Positions 14,101 to 26,154 of a DNA stretch of 64,000 nt are shown here, piece by piece. This stretch comes from Cyanophora paradoxa CCMP329 (lineage: Eukaryota > Plantae > Glaucophyta), in the NCBI GenBank assembly GCA_004431415.1, contig QPMI01000233.1:1-64000 (forward strand). The letters run 5' to 3'. Position numbers and translations under genes: made by a program. Under the pieces are notes generated by a model. That model made no database searches. It was not told where the DNA came from and worked only from the letters and a program-made list of their open reading frames with translations. Position 1 is the stretch's first letter; every line of letters begins with the position of its first letter.

Positions 14101-16795
14101 CCGGCATAGGCCTGCCGCCCTCGAATCCGTTGCCGAAGAAGCGCTTCGAATTCGAATTCAAGGCCTGCTTAGCGAAATCCCCGCTCTCCTCGCCCCGCAG
14201 ACATGCTGGTGGTCTTCGTGCGCGGGGCCGAGTTCAGGGTCACCTCGATCAAGTCGCGCCTCCACATCCAGCACCCCAGCAGGGACGCCGTGCGCGCCCC
14301 CTAGAATGTTTCTCCCTCGAGCTTGGCGCCTCTCTCGTACCTGGCTAAGCGCGGGCGCAGTGCGTGGCGCGGCGCCGGGGCGACTGGAGGGGGTACCGCG
14401 TCGTGTTCCTGCGGCGGCTCGCGGCGGCGCTGAACGGGCTCCGCGCGGACTCGATCTACCCGACGTCCATCCGCGCCGGGGCGAGCTACGCCTGCGACGC
14501 CGCCGGCCGCGGCTCCGTCACCATCGAGGTCCGCGAAATCGATCCTCGTTTAGTACTCGCACCTTGAACCTAATGTTATTGCATGCAATTAAATTATACC
14601 TTCAACACTAAGTCTTTCTGTAGCCTTATAAATACTAATTATATAAGTTAAGCGCGGGCGCCGGCGTCTTTCCATGGCCACTACTCCCGCCTTGGGCCTC
14701 GTTTGTATTCGCGGTCCCGAACCTTCAGCTTGCGCCCTTCAACGGCTTTGAGAAGCTGACCTTTATATAGCTGGCCTTGAATCTTGTATTACTTCGTACT
14801 CGCGCCTTGAACCTGATTTGTTAATATTCGCGGCTCCGCTGCTTTTCTTTCATTAAATTATACCTTCGACTTAAGTCTTTCTCCCTTTACTTTGAGCCTT
14901 AGACGTGGGTGCCTCGGGCCTCTTTTTTGGCTTCGAGGTCCCGAACCTTGAGCTTGCGCCCTTCAACAGCTCTGAGAAGCTGACCTCTCTCGCCCCATTT
15001 CTCTGCCTTTTCCCACACGTTTTCCCAGATCCTGGACGACATGTCCGGGGGCGACGTCGCCTCCCTCCCGGAGGCGCGGCGGGCGGCGGGCACCTTCCGC
15101 TTCCTCTCGGAGCGCGTCGCCTCCCCCGGCGGCCTCTCGGTGCGACCGGCTTCTCATAAGAGCATACAATTATAAGAGGGCCGGATCGCACAGCTCTTCC
15201 CTCTTATAATATAATCCAGCTGGATCCAAAGAAGTGAGAGGGCTGGATCCCCGGCGGCCTCTCGGTGCGGCCTTGGGATCCAGCCCTCTCACTTCTTTGG
15301 ATCCGGCCTCTCAGCCCTCATAAGAGCATACAATCATTAGAGGGCCGGATCGCATATAATTATATATATAAGCATACAGCTCTTCCCTCTTATGATTAGC
15401 CCTCTTATAATTGCTTGGCTGGCTTAGCTTAGCCAGCTAAGCTAAGCTAAGCTATATATAAGAGGGCTAATTATAAATATAAGATAGAGCTTGGCTGGCG
15501 CTCTGTCTGCCGCACGGCGCGCGCCGCTCGCCCGGAGCCGAACTTTATTCGTACCCGACTTCGTTCGCGCAGGTGGACGGCCTCCGCATCGTTCAGGTCG
15601 GCGGCTCCGAGCCCAAGCAGGCGAGCGCTCCCCGCCCCCCCAAGGCGAACGTTCCCCTCCCCGTTCCCCGTTCACCTTCGTTCGCAGGCGACGCGCCTCT
15701 TCCTCCGCGACGAGGACATGGCCTTCACGGCGGGCGTACCCCTCGTCCCCGCCCTCCCCTCGACCCGCACCTTCCTCGTACCCGTCCCCGCCGCCTGCGC
15801 CGTCCGCTACCCCCCGCCCCCCTTCCCCCTCCCCCTCGCGCGCCCCGGTCTGAACTGATCCGGTACCCCAGAACTTCACGGAGGGGTACCTGGCCAACGA
15901 CGACGACGTCGACTTCGACGGCGCCCTCGTCGAGTACTCCATCGCCGGTGCCCGCGTACCCCCCTCCTCCGCTACCCAAAAAGGCCTCACCTGCACGTAT
16001 TTAACTTTCCCGCAGGGGAGCTGCACCGGATCCTGAACGGGAGCGTGCCCGGCGTCGCCCGCACCTCCCTCCACGTCGCAAACGTCTCCTGCGCCGCCGG
16101 CGGGTCCGCCCGCCCTCCCTTCCCTCCCTCCCTCCCTCCCTTCCTTCCTTCCTGCCCCTAACACCTTTCTTCTTCCGATGCGCAGCATCGCGCTCCGGGT
16201 GGCGCTGGGCATGCCGGCAAACGACACCTCAGACAGCGGCCTCTACCTCCCCGAGGCCTTGGACCCGCCCGGGGCCCCCGCAGGCGCCGGTGAGCCGGCA
16301 TTCTACCTTGGAATTTTCCCGTCTCCTTTTAGCGTTTAGATCAGATTTCTTACTCGCGGTCTTCGAATTTGCAGGCGGCAGCGCGGCCGCGACCCCTGCG
16401 CCGACGGCCCTCCCGGCCGCGTCCAACGCCAACCGCACCCGCCGCGCCCTCCTCCTCGCCGCGCGCCGGCGCCTGGGGCAGGCCGGCCCCTGCGCGCCCG
16501 GCGCCGGCTACGGCGCCTGCCTCAGCAACCAGCTCAACGTGCGTCCGCCCGCACTCATGATCAGCGACCCCGGCTGACGGACCCGACCCCGGCGCCCCTG
16601 CGTTCGTATTCGCAGCTGGCGCTCGCGAGGACGAAGCTCTTCGGGCTGTACGCTGCGAGCGCGGAGGGCGTCTCCAGCGCCGCCGCGGCCCCCGCGGCCC
16701 CCGGCGCCCTGTCCCTCGCGGCCGCCCTAGCCCTCGCGCTCGCGGCCGGCCTCGCCGCCGCCTTCGAATTCGAGTTCGCGCTCCGCCGCCCGTAG
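5186..16795 (+). CDS. Large secreted, Cys-containing cell-surface glycoprotein with many exons; signal peptide, possible saposin/Canopy-like and SEA-like segments, C-terminal GPI-anchor-like or TM tail
   Basis: ATG 5186 is followed by hydrophobic RLALLALLAALALATLFGPADA. Many C3/G3-biased exons are bounded by GT/GC..AG, with frequent N-x-S/T sites and RRRLL-type motifs. The last exon SAEGVSSAAAAPAAPGALSLAAALALALAAGLAAAFEFEFALRRP ends at TAG 16793-16795. It could be split into two genes, but I saw no internal stop or start. Confidence 0.7.
6230..6790. repeat. Poly-C/pyrimidine-rich low-complexity intron (G-quadruplex-prone on the - strand)
   Basis: C-runs of up to ~25 nt and CT-rich filler between exons of the surface-protein gene. 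Confidence 0.8.
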
Positions 16796-17252
16796 GTGCA
16801 CGTGGCGCCCGGCCCGGCTCCGGACAAAGTGCACCCGGAAAGCAGAGCCAGAAAGGCCCTGTTATAGCTAAATATTTAGATATGAACGGTCGGACGAGCA
16901 TTCGTAGTACTAGTTAATAATAATTTCTTCGACGGTTTAAACTCTGCGCAGAGAGCAGCAATTAGGTTAGTTTATCTCCCTAACTAATCACATGTTAATT
17001 ACAGAATCATGCTGTAACGATATTGTGAGGAAGAAGAATATAATAAGTACTAGCCAGGCCTAGGAGCGGTTCTGGGGTCGCAAGCAAGCCCGCACGCACA
17101 CATGTACACGTTTCGGCCAGCTGCAGACTCCTCACATATGCTGATTGCCAAGCCCACCGAACAGGACGAGCAGTACCATGTACCAAGCACTACCTGCTGA
17201 TAAACTAGCTATAGTGTGCTAACAAACTAGAAACTGAGGGGACAGGAGCGGA

Positions 17253-20200
17253 TCAAAGGTTCACAACAGCCGGCTTCCAATCCTGCAGCTGGTAAGGAGG
17301 CTTCCCGTTCGGGTTGGATTGACGGTAGCCGTTCTTGTGGCGGCGGTGAACGTCCGAATCGTAGACGTACGCAGCTGAAGACGCTGGGCGCGACCGATCG
17401 CGAGACTGCGATGCGAACATCTCCCGGCGGCTTCCCCGCGCGCAGCTCCGGGCCCGAGAGTACACAGATTTCGTTGCGAGCTGCGCAGATAGAGGCGTGG
17501 ACTTCGATTAGGTTTCTCGAAAACAAGCAGCCAAACTGCGAGAGTGCAACTCACCTGGAGCAGCGGCCAGCTCGCGATGAGTTGGTTCAGCATCAGGAGC
17601 GCGCTTTTGGCGAGACTGCGCGAACGAAGTTTGGACGATCAATTCATATTCATGCGCATGTGCGAATTAAAATAATAAAAGGAGAAGAGGAACCAGAGCC
17701 CGATGGCGGCGTTGATGCAGGTAGTCGCGAACGGGTCTTCAGGGTCCAAGGCGGCGGCCTGAAATTAAAGTACCACGAATATTAATCGTTAGATGTCGCG
17801 AAATGGATAGGGTCTCGTAAGGGCGCGCCTGGCGGAGGCAGATGAGGATGGGGACGTCGGCCGCGTTGAGGACGAAGCAGAGGAAGTGGTCGTAACGGTT
17901 GCGGAAGGGGCGCCCAACGACGATCCAGAGCTGAGGGCCGGGGGCGTCGCGGGAGCTTGTTTGGAATTTTGTAATATATGAGAAGAAGAAGAATCATTTC
18001 GAATAATACATACCTGCTCGACCAAGACAAAGACGAGCGCGACGGCCGTCTGTACGTGTGGAATAGTTAATAAATCGCGATCGATTGCGGTTCCCCATCG
18101 GGGGCCGCGGCCGCGCGAGAGAATGCAGAAGCGTACCTCGCCAATCGCCAGCGACGACGTGGCTTCCTCGGTCGCTGGATTGCGAGTTCGAATTCAGAGA
18201 TCTATAGCCGCAGTGCGCACGCGATATCAGATTTATAGCTCGCACCCATTGTCGCGACCACAACCGCCAGGCAGACTTTCTTTGCGATGTCCCTGCCGAT
18301 AAGTCGTTTACTCCGGATCTGGAAGAGGTGCCAGATGGAAATCAAAGGAGCGCACCAAACGCCGAACAGGAACCCGAGCCCCTGGTACCGCTTCGCGATT
18401 GAAAGAAACCGCATTGGATTCGGGCTTGAAAGCTCTTATAAATGTAATTAAATTGCGCGCGGCGCCGGCGCACGTAATCGACGAAGAGGACGGCAAAGGC
18501 AACGCGGAAGCGGTAGCGACTGAAAAGGCGCCGCTTGTCCTCCTCAAGCTGGTCCTCCGGCACGTTAATCTGAATTCGAAGAAGTTAAAGAAAGACAACA
18601 GTCGATGCGAAGTCGGATGCTCTGGGATCAAGCTTAAGTTTAAGCTTGAGTTAATGTTAACTTTAAGCTTAAGTGAATGTTAATTATATCGTAAACGTTA
18701 AGCTTGATCTTAAGCTTCTCGCACCTGCCACTCGCCAAAGTCCTCGAAAAGCCACTCCCAGAGGGCCGAGGCGCAGGAACCAGCCCTCTCCCAGAGCAGG
18801 ACCCCTTTCGTGCGGCCGGTTACACTCCATGCGTCCCGCAGACGCTGGCTGAGCGGAGCGCCCTGCATGAAACAGGCGAAAAGGCGATCATCAGCATGAG
18901 ATGAATAGTAAAAACAACAAGATCATGAATGGACGAAAAGAATGGACGAAAAGACGTCGACGCGCCAGTGTCGCAACTTCGAAGACGGTCGCTCTCTCCA
19001 CATAAAGGGTGCTGTGCCGGAGCGTTTAGATTATGGACCGATTATAGCCACATTTGCATGAGTCACTGGAAACAAAATGGCGGACTAGGACACATAGATT
19101 GCGGCCGCCAAGAAGCTCCCACATCCAGCCACAAAGATAATGGCCGCCGTAACTCCCAAATATCCAGCGTCGAAGTAGGCTGTCATCGCCCTGCATGCGA
19201 AAATTTGTTCAGATTAACCGGTACGTAAACGAGGCATTGCCCTAGGTAAATTGAAGGCGCACGCTCCAATGGCAAGCCCCTCGAGCGCAGTGTACGCGAT
19301 AACGACCTGAGACGAACGAACACAGTCGAACTCAAAATTAAACTATAGCTAATAATATCGTCTGATATCGAGGACGCAAGCCCCACCTGGCCGCGAGGCA
19401 GCCGGAAATCCCGGGGCGGGCGCTTTCCCGTATTCCAACGCCAGAGATAAAAAACGATAAGCTGCAGCAGACCGATCTGTCGAGAGAGAGGCGGTCAATG
19501 GAATCGGTGTTCGAGCGAGCACATGACCTCGCACCGCGCCAGTGATGATGCCAGTGTAAAAGAGACCTGAGAAACGTCATGCGAGGGCGCGCGGAGTTTA
19601 CGGCAGGGGCGGAAGCGGCCTCACTCTCTTGGAGCCGCTCGCTCGAGTACTCGGCGCTGCTGCTCGCCGCGATGTCACGGGCAGAGAGCAGCGCCCGGCC
19701 CCGCGGGGCGGGCGTTATCGTCGGCGCCGGGGTCGGAGCCGGGGGCCAGCGCGGCCTCCCCGAGTAGGCCGCCGCGAAGGGAAGCGGGAAGTAGAGGAGC
19801 GTCCAGTCGAGCTTGCTGGAGCAGTTGGCGTATGCGCTCTGCCTCCCGCCGAAGAACACGGAGTAGACTGTCGCGACAAGCCACCATCAAGTTAAAACTC
19901 AAACACAAAAACGAGCAGATTTATAAGAGATCAAAGCTCGCGATCACAAGCGAACTGGGCGGAGTTGACGATGGTTTTCGCGCCAAGGCCGATGCTGTTG
20001 GATCCCGTCAGGCTCGACGAGACGCCGCTCGCCGCCGCGAGGCCCACCTGCCGATCGATCCCGAAATTAAACGACGGCAGAGAAAAGCAGTGTGCTTGCA
20101 GTGTGAATGGCTCACGGATACGGCCGTCATAACTGTGATCGCCTGGCCAGCCTTATCTCCAAGCTCGGGGTCTGTTCGGTCGACGTCTTAGCAGTTGGAA

Positions 20201-23200
20201 GCATTTGAGCACCAAAGAGCGCGCGTGCGCAGACCTCCTCGGGAGGCGCGCTGGATGACGAAGTTGGGGCTCTCTCCAGACGCGATGAGCAGCGAGAAAT
20301 CGCCTGTACGGACGCGTGCAATGTATACGTATGAATCGGCATTGGATTTGGCGATCGCAACAATCGATGCGCCTATAGCTATGCGCCAAGAGTAGCTATA
20401 TATATAGGGTTCATGCTCACCCGCTGTTCCTGGCTGCTGCTGCTGCTGCTGCTGGAGGATGCCGCGGCGGCCCGTGGCGAGCGAGACGATGTCCGGGCGG
20501 GCCCGGAGCTGATCATCGGATCGAATGCGTCAGACCAGCTGCTGCTGAATTCAAGTCCAGCCACAGACCTCTAGGCGCAGGAAGTAGACGTCGCGATCCA
20601 GGCGCTCCGGGAGCTGAACAGCCGCCGGCCCGTTCCTCGGGAGCGCGTCCGCGATCACGGTCATGTTCTTCGCGGGATCGAATCCGGAGGAGTGTGCAAT
20701 ATTTCATGTTAAGCGAGAATCCCCACAAGGAGACGCGTTCCGCAAGAAGCGCGCACTGCGGCAGGGCGCTTGCCAGAGAAGCGGAGGAGCACGGCAGAGT
20801 ATCGGAAGGCCTGAAGAATAATCGTAGAATTCGAAAGAACGCTCTGGATAAAGGGCGAGAGCGCAGGGCATGCGCACCTGGGAGGCGACGGCGGCGTACT
20901 GGCTCAGGTCGGGCAGGCCCGCCAGCTCGAAGGGGATGGCGTCTCCCGGGGCGAAGGCGGGCAGGCCGCCCACCGTCCGCACCGGCTGCGCTCCGCTGGT
21001 GAGCTGCGGAGCCGATCGCGAGTCGCTCGAGATCGATCGACCGCACCTTGGTCGCAGTTGGGGCGAAACCAGAAGCGGAGCTCGAGGCGGAGACGGCGAC
21101 GGTCACCGAGACGCGCACGTCCACGCGAACGACGATCTGCGCATGCGCGCCCGCGCAGCTTCAATTCGGACCTTCGAATTCGGAGTTCGAGCCTCGATTC
21201 GAGGGCTGCGACGGGTTAACCTTGACGCCGGAAGTCGGAACGCGGACGACGACTAGGCCCCGTCAGGCGCGGTCAGCGCGCGCTAGGCGCTGTCGGTGGT
21301 GCGGGCAGGTATGGCGCACTTGGTCCCACGTAAGTCGAAAAGGCGAAGGAGCCGTTCTCAGAGCGGCCCGTCGCCCGCTCCACCACCCGCAGCCTGAGCC
21401 TGCGCGCGGGTATATAAGACTCGGCGAGGAATTTCGAACTGTGAATTTATTTGAAGCCGTTTGTGCCCGGCCGCACGTGAAGAAGGCCGGCGCAGGCCCC
21501 GCGGCCGCGAGGGCGGCGCCCGAGATGTTGAGGCGGGGGCTGGCGAGGCCCGTCGGGTCGAAGGCGGCGGGAGGCAGCGCCGGCCCCGACGTCTGCCGCC
21601 ACTCGAACGCGTACGCGTCGGCGCCTGATGGGTTTTAAATATTTGGGATGGCGATTGGTACGAATCCGGGGCAGTGACAGACGCAGCGCGTGCACCGTAA
21701 GCGTCGAGTGCTGCGAGAAGCACGTAGGGGAGGGGCAGGCTCGCGCGCCCGTCCGCGCCGATGCCTGCGATCGCGCGGATCGCCAGGGAGCCCGACGGGC
21801 CTGGCACCTGCGCCGGCGTCCTGTGTACGTGGCGACGAACTCGTCAGGGCGGGGACGCCCTGTGAGTAGAAAGCTGTGCGGAATCGAACCCCGGTATCGG
21901 TATCGGCGTAGCGAGCGGAGTCGGGCCCAGGGGCGGTTGAGCCGAGGAGCCTGCAGCCGGCGAAGGAGAAGGAGAAGGCGTGGGGCTCGCGATCGCCGGT
22001 GGGATCGCCGAAGGAGACGGGGACGGGGAGGCGGTGGGGGAGGGGGAGGGGGTGGCGGAGGCGGTGGGGCTCGGGGAGGGCGACGGCGTGGGCGGCGGAG
22101 GCCCGCAGTACGGGTTCGGCTCCGGCCAGACCTGGGCCCCCGCCGGGAGCGCCGCGGGCGCTCCGAAGAGCCGGTGCGCGTAGATTGTATGAGGCGCGTC
22201 TATATCGGAGTCAAAACATTTTGAGGACTTGATCATGATCATGATATCGCATTTGAATATTTAAATGGCGAACCAGGCGTTTCTTCGTATCCCCACGTTG
22301 CGTAAACGGCGCCCGCGGAGTTCACGCCAGCGACGAGCCACATGGATTCATCGCTCAACTTCGCGATATTTTCCGAACAGGTTCTGCGGTTTCGCGCGCG
22401 CCTCAAAGTGTGAGAAGACCCGTCGCGATCGTGCGAAATAGGTCAGTTGTGCGCACAACAGAGGAGTTGGTATGAAGCCTTGGATAGTGGACACGAACGC
22501 ACCCCCCGGCGCGATCCATCCCCACTCCCCCCCTAAAAGCGGAGCCCGTCAGGGGCTGTCCGGACCCGGGCCCCACGCTCTGCACGATATTCCGCACCGG
22601 TCTCGTTGTAGACCACAAGGATCGCAGGGTTGCCCGAGGAAGAGGTCACCAGGCGGAAGTTGCTGCGGACCGAAGACCGGCGTCACCGCTACGGTCGCGG
22701 CTCCCACGGGCAGAATTTGACATTGTATATATCCACAACCATAAATTGAATTATCCGTCAACCTTCCGCTGGCGAATGGCGAATTCGAACCTCCCGCTGG
22801 CGACAACAGTGATTGAGTAGAGCATCCCCGTGGTCCGTGCGAAGCGGGTCGACGTGTTCGCCACGAGGTCCACCTGCGCATGCGTTTCAGATGTCTATTA
22901 TAATTATAGAAGAGAGCTTGTGAGATTATGGTTTTCAGATTAGACCTGCGTTTCAGATTATATACATAAGAGCTTGTTCTTGATCACAGGTCTGTAGCTA
23001 GAAGAGAGAGATGAGATCTAGATGTCGCAGCGCTGGCGCGTATGCGCACCTTCCAGACATTGAACCCCGCCGAGGCGAAGAACGTGAGGGGCTCGAGGGG
23101 GTGTACCGCCAGACCGTTGGGGAAGGGATTGTTGCTTGGTGTCACCTGCCGTTCGTCCCGGTAGCCGGTGCCTTCGCGGTGGCGCCATATGCATCAGCTG

Positions 23201-24839
23201 TATTCCCAGACCGATACTACTCTTTAGGCCGCCGCTTTTGCAGCTTCTTTTAATTTGTAATCAAAACTACGATTTATATCTGAAGCCTTATTACCGTCGA
23301 GAGCGACGCTGCCGAGACGGTTCTCCGTTCCGCCCCCGGTCCTGTACTGGAAGTAAAGACCTGCTCCAAAGCCGTCATGCGCATGCATTTGTGCATTTTG
23401 TGCGCGCCCGCTACAGTGCGCACGCTGTCCTGGCGTGTTGTCGGATGAAATCGAGACCGCCAAATTGTTGGGTCGATTTTGGAAGAGTGTCTGGGGGCCG
23501 CTGTTGTAGACTTGGGAGACTGCCAGCGTGTTGAGGTTAATCTTGCGGATGAAGCCGAAAAAGGTGGGGTTCGTAAACAACTAGACCCCGGCCCATCGCA
23601 ATGACCGCAACAAATCAGATCGATCAAGTTGCTCAAAAGAATCGAGATATCGAGATTGACTCGTCGAGTTGCTCACGTGTTCGACGAAGTAGATCTCCGA
23701 CGCAGAGACAATCGCCATTCCCTGAACGTATCCGATGCTGCTCGCGATAGCCCCCAAAGATCGAAATACGTATACATTAAAGCTCATGAACAGCGAATTG
23801 TCTGATAATATAAGTAAGAACGGACGTGGCAGAGGACCCGACACCGTCGACCGAGGCGATCGTCTGCCGGCTAAGGACGCCCGGCTGGCCGGCCAGGATT
23901 TGCGCGCTGCAGTTCGAGTCGAACCGGATCTGCGCCCGCGGAAATAGAAATATCAATCGGGATGCATATGCGGACCCAGATCCAGATCTAGAGCCGCGGC
24001 CGGCCAGGACGGACTGACCAGGACGTCCGACGTGAATAAGTAGAGCATGTCATCGAACGGGCTGCGAGTCACCGTCCACGGGAGGTTAAAATATTTAATT
24101 TGAGGCGCGCGCGTATTACAACGTGGAGTTTGTTGATGATCAGCGGGGTATAGATCGAAGCATATAAAATCAAATAAACAAAGCGAACCTGTACTGCATC
24201 GCTGCGCACGCGCACGAGCGAGCATGCGCACGGTCATGCATTTGAATTGTGTGGACAGGCGGCTCGCGCGTGCTTCCAATTACCCATCGCGCCCGCCAGA
24301 GCCGTGTTGTTGAACTGGCCTGTACGCGCCCCGGGCGTGAGCGCGCTTCAGGCTTCGACCTTGATCATGACCTCTCTGGCGCCCGGCCCGCGGGGCGGCG
24401 CCAGCGGCGGCCGCGCGCGCGCACCTGCGACCGTCCTCTCGTGGAACGTCGAGTTGAGGCGCCCCGCACAGAAGCGGTAGCTGGTGTGCCCCGCGTACCC
24501 CGTGTTCTCGCTGGCGTTCGGCTGCCCGTAGAGCGTGCCCTCGAACGTGTATGTGGGCGCCATTCCGTACGGGTCGGCGGTCAGCGTCTGCACGCGCGCA
24601 CGCGCGCGCGGGCGGATCTCAATCAGAACTTTTCAGTTCCGACGTCCGAGTTGACATGCGCATGCTCTAGTTCTTGACTCGCCGTGCCGCAAACCGGATT
24701 GCCGGATTGCGCACGCGGAGCCGTTTCGATTGCGAACCTCGGGGAAAGCTGGCGCGGCGGAGGCTTGCCATCCTCGCGGCCGCCCCGCCGCCGCGAGCAC
24801 CGCCAGGAGGAAGGCGAGCCGAACGGCGGAGAAGCGCAT
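17253..24839 (-). CDS. Receptor-like membrane protein: signal peptide, NHL-like beta-propeller, Ser/Pro linker, PKD/REJ-like and Ig-like region, multi-pass TM C-terminal domain
   Basis: ATG 24839 gives MRFSAVRLAFLLAVLAAAG. Propeller-like exons: YFNLPWTV, IRFDSNCSAQILAG, VQGMAIVSASEIYFVE, LPNGLAVHP. (SP)n linker at 21950-22100. PKD-like YAFEWRQTSGPAL. TM-region motifs typical of algal multi-TM proteins: VNSAQF, LDWTLLYFPLPF, PPRDFRLPR, FGEW..FSRY..LFVDY. Stop TGA at 17253 after QDWKPAVVNL. Confidence 0.7.
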
Positions 24840-25547
24840 GCCCACCGTCGACGTCGGACCGCTAAGAGCTGCGCCTCAAGCTCGGCCAACGCTGGCCCCG
24901 CCCGGCGAGAGGAGATATATATCGATCGCGAGCTCGCCGGGCTCGAGGCCTAGGCCGAGCTCGACCAAGTCTCAGAGAGTCAGAGTCCGACGGTCTACTT
25001 GGCTACTAGGCTAGGACGGCCGCGGCCCCCGGCGCCCCGCGCGCGCTGCGACAGCCTGCGAGCCTGCGACTAGCCTGCGAGCCTACAACCCAGCGCTGGC
25101 TGCGCTGCGGCCGGACCTGCGCATGCGCCGCGCGCGCGTTCAACGGTTTCCGCGGCAAAATTCCGCCAACTTGGCAACCGTTGAACTCGGCGTCGTCGAG
25201 TCGGCGATATCGATATCCGATGATCGATTTCCCACAAATTCCCAGAGATCTAGACTCTGAGAGTCTGAGACTCGCCGGCTCGACGTCCCGTGGCCCGTGG
25301 GGCCGTGCCCACTGCCCACTGCGCACTGCGGCATGCTCACGCGTACGGGGGCCACGGCCCACGGGGAGTCGGGGTCCTCGGGGACTCGTGAGTCGTGAGT
25401 CGTGACTCGTCGGGGAGTCTCCGAGACCTTTGGTCGATCCTTCGCCAATTATGCCGATCCATGAACCGTCAATCGGACGTCGACGCGACGGACTCCGGGA
25501 ATTGGACCGGAAATTGGTCCGGAGTCCGGACTCCGGAATCCGAATCT

Positions 25548-26154
25548 CAGGGTTGTCAGGCGAAATATTTCGCGCCGAAATATTTCCGAAATATTCCGAA
25601 ATTTTGGGTAAAATTTCGGGTCCGCCTTTGAAGGGGGTAAAATTTCGGGATATTATATAATATTTTAATCATTATTTAATCCAGAAAAGCCCCTTTTCGC
25701 CCCCTGTAGGGGGGTTATGATGGCTTATATGACGTTCACAATCGTATAGAAAGAGCATAGTCTTCGTGGTACATGCTTTTCAGCACGGTTTACATCGGAA
25801 TGAGGCCAGAACGTAAGTTGAAGGGTGGGTACCCCCCTCACCTCCCTTTCTTTCTGGCGCATTTCCTGGTCGCCACGAGACCCCTAGCACTCGCAAAGAG
25901 TTAGATACGATGCTTTATGATGTTGTTAACACGTTTTGCGGCCTTTGGAGCGTGTTTACGCGGCGGAATGTAATGTTTTGAGAATATTTCGGACTTTGTA
26001 TGGTGCTGAAATATTTCGGAAATATTTCCGAAAAACACGGTCGAAAATATTTCGGAATATCATGGTTGTAGAAATTTTAGTCGGCCAAAACGGGACCCAA
26101 AATTTCGCGAAATTTTGGGTCCCGTTTTGGCCGACTAAAATTTCTACAACCCTG
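25548..26154. mobile_element. Non-autonomous hAT-like DNA transposon relic (607 bp)
   Basis: The ends CAGGGTTGT ... ACAACCCTG form a 9-bp TIR. Clusters of CCGAAATATTT subterminal motifs lie in opposite orientation at the two ends, and the interior is AT-rich. No clean 8-bp TSD was seen. Confidence 0.6.
26064..26151. repeat. Perfect 88-bp palindrome with no spacer
   Basis: GGTTGTAGAAATTTTAGTCGGCCAAAACGGGACCCAAAATTTCG is followed immediately by its exact reverse complement. Confidence 0.95.
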
